Shown piece by piece: positions 11,392 to 24,594 of a stretch of DNA of 64,000 nucleotides (its first letter is position 1; every line of letters begins with the position of its first letter). The notes beneath the pieces were generated by a model. That model searched no databases. It was not told where the DNA came from and was given only the letters and a program-made list of their open reading frames with translations. Position numbers and translations under genes: made by a program. This DNA comes from Phoronis australis (taxonomy: Eukaryota > Animalia > Phoronida), in assembly GCA_002633005.1 (NCBI GenBank), contig NMRA01000087.1, forward strand, positions 749,393-813,392. The letters run 5' to 3'.

Positions 11392-13720
11392 CCGTGTGTG
11401 TAGTGTGCACGGGAAATGCAAGCATGCGATTCACCTTTGAAGAACAAAAATTCATTGTCCTTCACGTACTTAGAATATTCCACTGACACAACTTCGGTTG
11501 TAGTGGTAATTTGGGCGTTGTGACTAGTATACAGGGCCGAATTGACACAAAAATGTGACAATTTTCGCTTTGCAGTGCTAACCCAAATTGTCATAATTTT
11601 GAAATTTTAACAGTTTGAGACGTTGTGACTGTTTGGGCCTGCACAGTGCGGTGTTCCCCCTCATAACACTTTTACGTTAGTGGTACGCAACACGGCCGTA
11701 TGAAGCGGGAGGTCGGGGAGCACGTGTCCCTTAAATAATGTGTAGGCTGAGGGTGAAACATTGGCGACCGCTACAGGCGTAAGACCGAGGCAGTCGAGAA
11801 TAGAAAGACTCACAGAATATTTGACAACTGCCAGTGCTGGGCCTTGGCTAAGATAATATTTTTTTGCTGAACAGATCGTTTAATCGCGCTTAAAAACTAA
11901 GGATCTTAATCAAAAAACGTAAGCAAAACTACTACGTCCACATTATCATTATTGATTGAATTTACGGGTCATTGACCCTCTTTGTTCTCCCACTATTGGT
12001 TTAGTTGTGCCACGTGATTTCTTTGTCTCGTCGCAACATTAATGTGTCATCGTCCATAATTCTCGTCAATTTTGCATTTTTTCAGTCAATTTCTATATCC
12101 CTCCCTCCCTTAATCCAATTTTTCTTTCTTCTTTCCCTTTACTCTCAATTTTCTCATGTTGTTTTAACATTTATGTATAGGCCTACCTTCGTTATACCTG
12201 CAGTAATGCCGATTTTTCGGCAGATTATCACCCACCTTTACAGCTCAACGCATTTTGTATTTATCAATATCTGTAGTTGTTTAATTTGTCATGGTATATA
12301 ATTATGACCTTTTATCGCACCCTGACGGCGCGCACTGTACACTAGCTTCGGTATCGCTTCGCAGTTAGCGCATAGTTATAAAAAACAAAGTCTGAATGGT
12401 TTGACGATAACCGTCCACACTTTTTCCAAAGAATAATTATATTTCTTTTGAAGATCACTAGTAGAAAAGCAGTGTAGTGATGAAGAAAAGGGAGTTGTTC
12501 GCCCGCGCGCACCAGACTGTTGATGACCGTGCACAGTGTAGGCGTACATAAGTCAAAAGGCTTTTCCATACTAGGGTCGACGCGCCTAGTGTTTTGAGGA
12601 GTTGTGGTCAGTATGCACGGTTAACTTCGGCACTGGATCGAATTTAATAGCGCCATTTAACTTAGCAGTAAACATGTGTACTAGTAATCGCAAACAAAGA
12701 TTTCTTCGAGTAGATCGAAGTGTACTGAGCAGACTACCAAGAATGAATCATAATTGACGGCAAAAAAAAATCTAGGTGAGGATACGCGGGCCAACCCCCG
12801 TGAGGTGTAACTGTCTTCCAGGCTCTCCCGCTTGCCCTCCAGGTATCTGTTCGCATGCTTCGAGAATCGCCAGAATTTCCATATAGGCCTAGTAAATTAC
12901 AGATTTAACGATATGCGGTTAACTCAAAGGTGCCCTCGGAACCAATATTTGTTCCTATAAGGTGTGTCTTTTGTATTTGTATTCGTATTGTGTTACCAAG
13001 TGGTGCTACGGTGACCTTAGACGCAGGCTGAAATTCGCACGGAAAACCTCTATCGCCCGACCAGCAACAGCAAAGTGCACTAGTTCATTTTTGCTACGAG
13101 ACGAGTCTTGACCTTACTAAGGATTTGATTTTCACTCTTCGTAATACACGAAATTATAGCCGAAGTATCCGACACGATGTTCAGTATGCTATTTCTCCCC
13201 GTTAGATTTCGCGGATTTCATAGCCTACTGCACGGTAAGAATTTCTCACGTTCCTCAGTTAAAACAAATTTTAGAGGGATTTTGTCTATACGTATTTTCG
13301 CACCCTAATAAAGGGAATTTCAGAAAACTACGTGTGATGACAGAATCCCACACCACTAATGCGTAATAACGCACGTAACGTGTCCAGGTCTCAGTAAAAT
13401 TTTATTTAAACTCGGAACCCACGTTTCTCGATCAGTGGTGACATGCCATGATCTTCCCGGGGTTTGCCCTCAAACGGTATACTAAACTTTGCACGCCTAT
13501 GGCGGGAGGTGCCAGCCAATTGTCGGCTACCGCCGGGGATGCAAAAGGCCGTTGATGAAAATTGGATCACCGGGAGCGAATTGAAATTTAATTTGTGCCC
13601 GCCCCGCTTTACTTTAATCTTATCATTCCTAGTGCGTAAACCCAAAGTAAAATAGCGAAGAGTGATCTGATCACTGACATTGCCGTGTATGCCTCAGACA
13701 TGCAACCAAGGGCCCAAGTT

Positions 13721-13932
13721 CATGCGCGCACTCAGCCTAAAAATGGGGGTCGAATTATTGAGAATGTGGACCTTTTACTAATTCACGGGTTACGTTCAGA
13801 GCTATGAATTGTGCATTCAATCGCCAAAGTTTCAGTGGTGCTGCCTATTAGTGGACTTTTGTCTCGTTTTCTACTTTTTTCGTAGTTTTTGTTTCTCTGA
13901 GGCAGACCTTTTTGCCAACTTCGTTCACGTAT
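13721..13932 (-). mobile_element. MITE family A, partial inverted copy
   Basis: Reverse complement aligns to the 11131-11391 and 24353-24594 copies (aaaaggtc..ctcagagaaa...acaattcatagc.ctga...ttttaggctg.gtgcgcgcatg). Confidence 0.75.
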
Positions 13933-14639
13933 ATGGCGTTGCCTAATCAGTGCAGCACTTTCAAGGAGTTCATGATTGATAGTCTCACTTGCTATTAAAC
14001 TAAACGTGCACTGTCAGAAGCTGTCAGTCGTGGACTCCGCCGCCAGCGATATAAGTCCAAGCAGACTGTAGGTACCATGGAATGGAAAAGGTTTGATCGT
14101 TTTCGTAATGTTCATTGAGCGCAGGGACTGAGAACTATTGGTCCCGGCTTTGAGATCTTGATTGTAGTCACCACACTGACAGAGCAGGCCTACCGGTCAA
14201 ATTATCAGTGAAGTATACCGTTGGATAAAGGCCGCCTAGGGTGATGTGACGATTCACTAGAATTTTCGAAAAATAATTCCCACACATCATGACGGGCAAG
14301 TGAAAAAATTACCGCCGGAGTAGCACAGCTACGACAAAATCACAACCCCCACTGACTTTTGGTGTAGAAATTGAGGCAACCCGGCAGCCAGGTATGTATA
14401 GTTTTGTTACAAATGAGTTTTTAGTAGCCTACAAGCTCATCGATCGTTGTCACTTCGAATCTTGGCGCTCAATTTGGCAAAGAGAGCACAGGAAAAATTG
14501 AAGAAGATGAACTAACACTGCTACTGGAAGCACTAACATGGGCTAGATCACTGTTAAGCAAATGTTCTCATGGTCGCTCTGACGGCAGTCGGGGTCTCAG
14601 TCCACTCTGTGACCCTGTATGCAAATTACATGGCAACGC

Positions 14640-15029
14640 AACAGGGCGATTGGCTGTGACGATAATTGCTACGGATAGGGTCTCCATTTAGTTTATTCAA
14701 ATCAACTGAGTGGCACACTAATGCTTTTGTGCAACACTGGGTTCTGCCGGTCAATTTTCTCATTGAGATCCATTGATTGGTATTCAAGACAACAAAAGGT
14801 AATCCTCATTGTGTTATCACAAAGTCCCGATAGATGCCGCTGAAAACCCACGCTGAACAAAGACTCGGTAAATTCCGGCAAACTTCGACTTGCATGTTGA
14901 TTGGTTGATAAAAATAAAGCGAATCCCCATTGGTCAACTAAGTTACCGAAGTCCTCAACCATTTTGTAAGCCTATACTATTCACTTTGGCGGGCGTCCGT
15001 TGTTGTTAACAGTAGTGCGAATCGTGAAA
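14640..15029 (+). promoter_or_regulatory. Probable H2A.Z proximal promoter/5' UTR
   Basis: Several reverse CCAAT boxes (attgg near 14649, 14776, 14900, 14928) and GC-box-like ggcgggcg near 14988, upstream of the ATG-only exon. Confidence 0.45.
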
Positions 15030-18000
15030 ATGGTAAGTGCTGAAATCGTCAAAATTTTCTTAAAAAATCGCACCATCAGCCTCAAAACACATAACCTGTT
15101 GAATGATTACAGATTTATCTAACACAGTTGATTAAAATTTTGAAATATTTTTTTGTATTTTCTTTAAAAAGTCGATCTGTTTTCAGGCTGCAGGTAAAGC
15201 TGGTAAAGATTCCGGAAAGGCAAAGGCCAAGGCTATTTCTCGCTCAGCAAGGGCCGGTTTACAGGTAATTTATTGCAATAAATACTCCTCATATTATTTG
15301 CTGTTAAGTTAATAGTGTAATTTTGCAGGTGACCGGACAATTGCTGTGAAATGCATGTGGTTTTTACGTTAAAAGGTAATACAAGTTCTTGTTTAGAAAT
15401 GGCGCCAAAACTCAAACCGTTGTTTTGTTTTTAGTTTCCAGTTGGTCGTATCCACAGACACTTGAAAACCAGAACAACAAGTAATGGGCGGGTTGGTGCA
15501 ACTGCAGCAGTTTACAGTGCAGCAATTTTAGAGTACTTGACAGCTGAGGTAATTTTCTTCTGTAATTCATTGTTCTAAAGCATACGTTCAAAATTTGAAT
15601 TGCATTTGGCATTAATCAACCTCTTTCATTTATTGGGTAAGGCAATGGCCTGATATAATGTGCCTGTATTTTTAGAACGAGTTTGATGGGCCTGTTATTC
15701 AGTGGAGAAAACTGGGTCTCAAAATTTGGGCACATTATATTAGACCATTACCGTTGTGTAATGGTGTGGTCACGTTTCGTGTTAAGAGGTTATTCAAATC
15801 ATGGAAACAACTGGTTCGAAGTAAAAACTGAGGTTTCCAAACTTTTGTCGTGATAATTTTAAGTTAATCTAAGCAACAGCCTGCTACCTTCTATAATGTC
15901 AAAGTATAAGCTAGGAACTCCTGTGTGTCAGCTTCATATGACCATGCAAGTTATGCTCATCACCTCGTCGTTAAACTTAATCTATGTGGAGAGCAAACAG
16001 CTGGCAGGGGTTCATGCAAAATTTGGGAGTCAACCTACACTCACCTTGGTCGTTAGTTACAGTTCTTTATAGCGGAAAACATCCTAATAACTGTCATTTT
16101 CTTGCATAATGCTCAGACTAATGGTAACAAGGAAATTACTTGTCATCTACTTGTGAGATGCACATGCAAAGTTTTTTTCAACATCTTTGTCGAAGCATAA
16201 TTTGCTCAGAAATTTAGTTTGCTAATATTGAAGTACTAAAAATTATAATGAAGTGAAACAAATTCAGTAAACTTGGTGTGAACTGTGTGCAACCTTGTAG
16301 AACACTTCACTGAAGAATCAATGAAAAATGAAATTTACCAATAGTTTGTCATGGTGTTGAAAGCCTCACCACTCCACAAACTTAGTAGTTACTCATGATT
16401 CTTGTTTTTAATGGCATTAGTTTTGTGTCTGATTATATTTGGGCAGTTTTTGTACCCACATTGGTGCGAACCTGTATATTTATGTAGTTTTGCACCAAGA
16501 CTAAGCGCATACTAGTAAATTAGACATTTAAGATTTTGTGGATTTTATTGTTTAAACAAAAACATCCATTTTACATTGACTGACTCTAGTGAATGTTTTT
16601 TATCAGTCAACAGATGTCAACTGACTTACTGCCCTCTAACACATCACTGGGTCACTTGCGTTGATGATTTTTTTATAAAAACCAACATTTATTTCTGCAT
16701 ATATTCTTTAACAAAAATTAGGTTCACTGTTTATGCATTCAACTAAAAATAATTTGATTGCCATAGTTGCATTTCTATTTGAATGGAAGCTCTTATATTG
16801 GCAATTTTTGCTTTCAATTGAAACATCAGTAAACCTGCAATCCATCCCAAGGGTACTTTTGTTTTAGGCCAGTTACCACTAAAGTTGCAGTGTTTTCCAC
16901 AACCTGTTTTGGCTCATCACTGTGTAAAGTTTGAATTATGTCGTGGCAAGTTTGGCTTGTGTTAAGTTTGAAAACTTTTGCAGCAAGTACCAAACAAGTC
17001 GCTTTTTATTATCTAGAATTGCCTTAGAATTTTGGTCTGCGAAATGCATTACACTGACCAAATCTTGGGTGTTTATCCGCAATTCTACAGTATCTATCAA
17101 TTTTTATAGCCTTAAGTTTGGGCTACTGGAGTTATTTGTTGGTGTCTTGCTTTATACATTTTTTGTTTTATTCTTTTGTGCATTAATATATTTAACCCTC
17201 CAGTACCAGCAAAGCTTTATTGGGCTGTGTGCTGCAACTCAAGACTGTAAAAAGTGGATACGTGATGTTTTTGACATCATGCCATAATTAACCTGGCAAT
17301 TCCAAAACTGAGGTCAATAATATAGTGCATTTTCCTGTCTAGAGGACCAAGAGTTCCATGTGGCATTGTCATATTGGATTTTTACACTGAGCACCCTTCA
17401 AGAGATTTCATTTGATTTTGGAACTAGTGAAGGCATTCCTCATCTAGTGTACTTTCGTACTAAGACCTGAATTGCTGTGGCACCCACAGTCTTTTCCTTG
17501 ACAACAGGTGACTACTTTTTTGGCTAGTACCCAACTTACACTGCGCCTCCTGATGGCTCTTGAAATTAAGCAATTGGATTTCTATTAAGGAGACCACGAC
17601 ACCTCATCATTTTTGGACGGGTTCAACATTTTCTGCACCATCTAGTTGTCATTTTTATGATACTTAATAAACATCTCTTGAAGCATGCAGTTGTGTTAGC
17701 CTAATAAGTAGTGGTGTCCCAAAGATAATCTAGGACTCCCATGAATGTCGGAAGTGAAGATCATTGCAATTACTAAAAAACTTCCCAAATCTGAGTGGGT
17801 GACTTAAAGGTGTTTTAATCGTGGCAATGTTCAACCATGCATTGAAAGAAAGAGTGCAACAGTGACTGCTTTGTACTTTGATTGTTAACAATATGCATAA
17901 TGTTTGTAATCTCGTGTTGATATCTACCTATTGGTTGGTTTCAGGTGCTCGAGTTGGCAGGTAACGCCAGTAAAGATCTGAAGGTGAAGCGTATCACGCC

Positions 18001-18605
18001 GCGTCACTTGCAGTTGGCCATTCGTGGAGACGAAGAATTGGACTCGTTAATCAAAGCTACTATTGCTGGTGGTGGTAAGTGTACTGTTGCTGCTGGTGGC
18101 CACTTGGAACTTGTCCTATCACTATTGAGACCTAGTTTGGTGCATCTCTCAACTGGTGTAGGTCGAATGATCTGCTGGCTGAGCTTGAAAGGTTGTGACT
18201 TGTAGGTCAATAAATACAATGTAGATAACAAAAATTCACTTTATTTTAACCAGTTACTGACTTAACCAACTAATTGAGCATTTTCTCTAGCTATAAAACA
18301 ATTGTTCTGAGTATGGAGAAACGGGGACCAGTTACATGGTAGGAAGTGGTCAATTTAGAGAGTCGGTGTTATGACTGAAGAGGGGGGGGAGCATTGACAC
18401 CTTTGTAAATACTGCAATGGAGATTTTAAATTGAGACATATGTTGAACAGAAGGAAATGTCTCATCTGTGTGCTGTATGAACTGAGGGTAAATGCATCCT
18501 TAGAAGTTTACATGGAACTGTAACCAGTATTTTTGCCTTCCAGGTGTTATTCCACATATCCACAAGTCTCTGATTGGCAAGAAGGGATCGCAGAAAGGAC
18601 AATAG
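15030..18605 (+). CDS. H2AZ: Histone H2A.Z (H2A.V/H2A.F-Z), 128 aa; exons 15030-15032, 15187-15264, 15435-15548, 17945-18074, 18544-18605
   Basis: [128 protein letters not shown]; exon lengths 3/78/114/130/62 = 387 nt; all GT-AG introns. Confidence 0.98.
15641..15752. mobile_element. Small hairpin MITE family B (H2A.Z intron 3); related copies at 19233-19323 and 36735-36812
   Basis: ~44-bp imperfect inverted arms ggcaatggcctgatataatgtgcc...agttt / aaact...gggcacattatattagaccattacc; core agtttgatg...agtggagaaaactgg recurs at about 19270. Confidence 0.7.
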
Positions 18606-19043
18606 ATTATATGCACCTCTTGGTTGGCTCAGGTTCCCGCAAGCCGCATTTAAATTTATACAAAACCTTTTATATAGTGTCTCTGGTAGGATGTGCCACT
18701 GTGAGACAGATTGCATTTGTGTCTCGTCTCTTACGTTAACGGGCAGCGTCCGTCAGTCGTAGTTTTTAGTTGGGAGATTGCTAGGGGGCATGATTGTGTA
18801 ACTATATGTGTTTGTGTAGAGACTGAATTTTAGAATTTTAGCCGTCTTTATGTTCTCATTCCACGTGAATCCTCATAGTAACCTTTCTTGTAGCCGTTTC
18901 CGTTGAAGTGTAATTATTTCTACGAGCAGTCAGGACTTGACACTCACAGCTGTTGTACCCGTTTCAAACATCACCACCTGTACAGATAGACAGAACATTC
19001 TGAAGTTCTAAGTAATTTAATATTTTTGATTCTGACCGTTTTT

Positions 19044-19049
19044 AATAAA
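19044..19049 (+). terminator. Probable H2A.Z polyadenylation signal
   Basis: AATAAA about 440 nt after the stop, followed by a GT-rich tract; fits a polyadenylated replication-independent histone. Confidence 0.55.
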
Positions 19050-22000
19050 AAGCTGTATAAATGTATTGTGTCTTAACTGTGCAGTGCACTTGTATAAGGA
19101 ACAATGCCAGCACAAGCTCTTCATGGGTAGAAATTAGAGGATGCTCTTGGAACCAATACTGTGAAGCTGTTACTGCCTTATTATGGGTTATCAATACTAC
19201 TCTGGTTCGAAATGTCAGGATGTAAACAATTTGGCAATAGTCAAATATAACGTGCCATATTTTGAGAACCAGTTTGATGCCAGTTATTTAGTGGAGAAAA
19301 CTGGTTTTCAAAATTCGGTCACCAACGATTCTTTAGAAATTAAAGCTCCATTCTGCACTCTTTGCTGACTGAAAACTAAATACAATTCCAGCTTTCAGTC
19401 TAATAATACACCTTATGGTGATCCTTTGCCATCGTTCACATATTGCGTCATCACTGGTGGGGTTGCACTTGGAAAATAGGACTATTTATGATCGGTGCTT
19501 AGACTTGCGGAGACTTCGTCGTGTGGCTTAATGGAATATCTCCATTACTGTACATATCATTAGGAAACTTGTACAAAGGTTTTCAAACGTTCCTACTTTT
19601 TTGGCCTGCTCCTACTTTTTGCCTAAAACTGCTTGGAAGCCTGTTGTACACCTTTTAGTGGAATTAGCTAATTCCAAAATCGGACTCGGCTCCCAAGATT
19701 TGATTATATTTCACTATGCCTACCTCAGGAACATGTACACTAAGGACACCCCCATTCCATCATTATCACACCTATCTCTGACACTGACAGCGCATTAGGA
19801 CATGATCAACACGTCCAGCGGCAGCGTGGTCATGTTTTGAGGAGGATGGGATTTATATTGGGCTGTTGCCAGAGAATTAATTTTTTTTAAATATTTTCAA
19901 TTTTAAAAGCAAAGAGCGTTACTAAAATGCGAAAAATGAGTCTAATAACAAAACTTCATGTACTAATAGGCTGGTTAATTACTATTTAGTGAACTAATTG
20001 GTGTGATGTCTTATTAATTTAGGGTTAACTGGTAACATAAAAAGGACATTAATCTGATAGGTGACTACTTGGACCAACGGAAATAGTTTCAATGATTCAA
20101 AAGCTTGCTACCGGTTAACGACAATGATTTTAAACCTCCCACAGTAGTTGTGAACAATTTAATCGGGCATTCATCCAAAATTATCTTTATATGAAATTCA
20201 ACCTTTGTTGCCGTACTTTAATATAATTGCGTTTTTTCAATAAAATTCTGGATGCAGTGACAGCTACAAAAGACGTGATAAACTAATTACTCGAACTATT
20301 CGAAATTTACAGATAGGGGTTTTCTGGTAGATAATATATGGACAACCGCTAACGTGTAGCGTGTGTAACCATAAACAAGCGACACTGGAACACATTTTTA
20401 CGATTGGCCTTTGACTAAAGAAAATAGACTTCGGAAAATAACAATATTCGTAACAAAGAGACGTTATTTTGAACACCTGTTGCATAGTTGTCAATATTCA
20501 AGAATGAAAAAACTGGACAACTGGATTAAAAAGCGGGGCATCTGGGTCAATGCCAAACCCAAAGGCGAGATGTTCGTCGCAACAGTGCCTTTTTGTCGAA
20601 CGGAAAACGTAATACCCAAAGGCGCCCTACGGCAATTTTTGTATTTTTAATCAAATGGGATATTGCGGGTGCTGCAAAAACACCATGAAATGCCACGTTA
20701 CTTTTTTCGTTTTTTAGTCGACAGGGAAACTTGGACTATATCATTAATTCATGAAAACAGAACCTCCAACCAATTGTCGTACTTTCAAAAGTAATGGAGG
20801 GGTAGCTGTAATGGCGTGATTAGAGGCTGAACGTGTGGGGTTATGTCATGATGACGGGGTGATTACAGAGGGGGTAGGGAAGAGAGTGGCAAACTTTGGA
20901 TGACTTAATATGTCGACGCTCCCTAACCGAAATGGAATTCTATTCATGACAGTAAAAAAGTCCCAATTTTCGTTTTCCAATGAGTTAAACAGGGTAAAAT
21001 AATTAACTAGTGTAATGGGGCGTAGACGCTGTACACTACTTTTTTAATTTTAAAGTTGTGTCTACACCGTAAGTTATAGGGTAAAATAGGGCGTAGACGC
21101 TCTGTGCAGTACACTAGGATTTGTTGACAAAGCGGACAGCGCTAAAATTGTCACCGTATAAGTCCTGGCCTGTCGGCAGAATATTTCGGTACACCACCAA
21201 ATTCAGTGATCACGGAGCTTGGTTTGATGAGGTAGGTATGAACACAGACGATGATGAACACTCGGTGACTGACCATCGTGGATTCCACTTCCATGTTGCT
21301 AAACTTGTTAGGCCTGCTCTGTTTTGGAGAGGACTGTATGCGTTGTAGTGAAACGACAGTCTGATCTTTATTATTGAAGTGTTTTAAAAAGATGCCGAGA
21401 TCAGGAAGAATAACACCTTCAAATCTTTCCGCTCAGTGAAGTTGGTTGGCTAACTGACACTTGTAACAAAACCAAATGGCACATGCACGCCGCAGAGTAC
21501 TTCTGCGCTAGACAATGACAAATGCGAACAGTAGAGAGAGTTCATGAAAAAATATTCATGGCTGGCACACAAGAATTGAAAAACGGCTGTATCTTGCTTT
21601 AACGTATGAGGACTTCTGAAGTTTGGTCAAAGATGTATTATCAATATCTTAGGAGTGGTCTGAATTTCTAATAGAAGCAACTGGAGTTTTCCAGGTGAGT
21701 AAATAACTTTCGTCACGTAGAAATATAATAAGTGAATCGCCAGCTGAACTCAAAAACTCGCATATCTTTCCTTAAGTTATTCAAAAATTGAGAGACTAAA
21801 AACCAGCTGAAAAGACGCTAACTAAAGTCGTGACTTGTCAGTAGACCACAACGGAAAGCGTTTTCAGAACACCTCACTTAGTCACTCGTTTAAATGAATG
21901 GTTTATCACGAGCATCTCACTAACGTTCAATTCTCGGTGGAGAATTCTATAAGCAGTCTGGCTTTGAACACATTCACCAACTAGAAAACTAAATGTATTA

Positions 22001-22781
22001 ATAAAACCAATTTGCAATACTTAATTATAACAAGTAACAAAATGCGTTTTGTGTGATCTGTTTCAAAGAAACAATACGTGAAAAAACTAAACATGCACAT
22101 TTTATGATTAGCACATATACGTTCATGCGCACTTTATAATTTATTCAAACATATGCTTTCCAAATTATACCGGTACATGTTGTGAAAGAATGATGTTATA
22201 CGGTTCAGTTGGAAGTAGTACATTTTTGGCGTTCACATTTGCATATGGTGTGATATGAATTTAGGTCGCAGTAAAATGAGGCCGATAGATAATTAGGTTA
22301 TTATTTATTAAAGACGGAAGTTAAAAATAGTTATAATGTGACGATAAAATACCAAAAAACATGCTCCAAGGATGTGCGCAAAACCTCCAATTGACAAAAT
22401 ACAAACATACCGATTGTAAAAAGAAACGGGTAAAATAGAACGCGCTAGGGCGGAGAGACAACCCAGAAATAATTATATGAAAAGGGAGCTCAGATAACTG
22501 GTAATAAAAAAGGAAACATGTGAACGCGGAAAAACAAAGGGTGGAGAAAATTGGTTACGGCAGGATCGAAGGTACTGTACAAGTAAAGCAAAAACCCAAG
22601 AACCCGTGCCGCAAAACCGTAGATGTGAGTACCACGTACATTCCGCGGACTCAGCATACCTTAATATTCTATGCTAAAGATCATGATATGGTGAATTTCG
22701 GACGCACGCATACCTCTAAATGTACCACTACAACCTACTGAGTAAAATACATTAATAGGAGTAAACTACATTTGAGTGTCA

Positions 22782-23112
22782 ATGTTGTACTGTAATGTGA
22801 TATCGGGTATGTTGTACTACGCACTGTGATATCGGGTATGTTGTACTGTACTGTGATATCGGGTATGTTGTACTGTACTGTGATATCGGGTATGTTGTAC
22901 TGTACTGTGATATCGGGTATGTTGTACTAAGCACTGTGATATCGGGTATGTTGTACTGTACTCAGTGGGATATCGGGTATGTTGTACTGTACTGTGATAT
23001 CGGGTATGTTGTACTGTACTTTGATATCGGGTATTTTGTACTGTACAGGGATATCGGGTATGTTGTACTACGCACTGTGATATCGGGTATGTACTGTACT
23101 ATGAGTATCGGG
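22782..23112. repeat. Minisatellite, 27-30-bp unit tgtactgtactgtgatatcgggtatgt, about 12 copies
   Basis: Direct reading of the tandem array. Confidence 0.95.
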
Positions 23113-24352
23113 CTCACGAAATCGGTCGCGTAATATATCTTCCTGTGAACTTTATTCGAGTAATCGACAAATGATTGGTCGGTGGACCAATTCAATGCTA
23201 GAAAGGTTTAAAAATAAAAATCAAATGCTTCGCCGGGGCTTTCTACTTTCAGCGTTACTTTTACTGGGTTAAACTTTAAAGTTTTGTAGATATTTGTCCG
23301 AATTCACACATTTGTTTATGAAGCTCTACATAACCTCAAGCATTGCCTGTGACTTAAATTGTGGAACCATTCTGCTGTCATGCACGGTAAACAAATAAGA
23401 TGGGCACTTTTTGATATCTGGCACACACACANGCCACAAGCATTCCCAAGGGCAGGGTACGCCGAGAGGCGGCAGCACAGGTGGTGGACCTTTCGATAGA
23501 CTTGTGCCAATGGACCATTTCTGTTCTTCACAGCTGAGTTTCATTCCCTCTGCTTCCCCTTCTCGTATAAATTGACTGTGTTAAACTATTTTGAACGTAC
23601 TCACGAAATATCGATTGCAACGAACGCCATTTTGTTTTTGTTTTGTGGGCTAACTCGTGAACCGTAGGCTGTTTCACTTTTCCCATTGTTGCTTTTCCAT
23701 ATTGGTGGCGCTGTGACTGAAATTATGGCTTTTAACTCCAACGAGCTTCGGTGAAGATTGACAAGTAAACAACAGCGAAACCCCTTTTCTATGTTCAAAA
23801 CATTAGTCGCGAATGCTTGTCAACGATGACGCACTTTTTCAGTATCAATCCAGGCTTTCCTCTGGCGAGTACGGGAGAGAAAGAAATAGATAATAAAAAT
23901 ACGACATAAAAAGTAAGGAATACAAATATGGGATGTAATTATCATTTTCTTATCACACATTTGACATACGACTGGAAGACTGACACAAGAAACCAATGCT
24001 CCAATGTGTTTCGGCTCGTGACAAAATTCGTGAGTGATATACGGCCGCTCCTGTAATTTTCTACCCCTTCCATATCTTTGATAATCAATTTCAGTTTCTA
24101 TGATCGTCTGACATTGTTTCCTACTTTGGCAATTAAGTGTGTTTCTCGTCCAGTAGTTTCATCAGTTTACAAAAGACGGACATTTGTATTCAGTGTTCAC
24201 GACAAATTCAACGCACCACAGAGTTTCCAGGCAAGTAAGGCCCATATAGGCGGGATACAGACCTTGGCCTTGGAAGGCAATATTAAGTGGCGGGGGGGGG
24301 GGCATATTCAACTANNNNNNNNNNNNNNNNNNNNNNNNNNNNNNNNNNNNNN

Positions 24353-24594
24353 GGCTCGGGGGGCTCGAATGAGTCCCCCCATATGGCGAAGTGGGCAAAA
24401 AAGGTCCGCCTCAGAGAAAAAATAAAAACTCCGAAAAAAGTAGAAAACGAGACAAAAGTCCAATAAGAAGGCAGAAACTACCAACATTCTGCGAATCCAC
24501 AATTCATAGCTCTGAACGGTACCCCATGAATCTTAATAAAAGTTCCACAGCCTCAAAAATTTGAGCCCACATTTTTTAGGCTGGGTGCGCGCAT
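24353..24594 (+). mobile_element. MITE family A, copy with 5' end in N gap (24315-24352)
   Basis: Same internal blocks and 3' terminus ttttaggctgggtgcgcgcat. Confidence 0.75.

Noticed and set aside
18075-18205. Novel H2A.Z C-terminal extension from ORF 17945..18205
   Set aside because: Read-through into the intron past a canonical g|gtaagt donor; the normal exon 5 is present
18606-19050. Histone 3' stem-loop
   Set aside because: No GGYYYTTYNNNRRCC-type stem-loop seen; the gene has introns and AATAAA
22782-23112. CRISPR-like array and ORFs 22936..23133 / 22962..23195
   Set aside because: No unique spacers, eukaryotic context, no cas genes; the ORFs are read-through of a minisatellite
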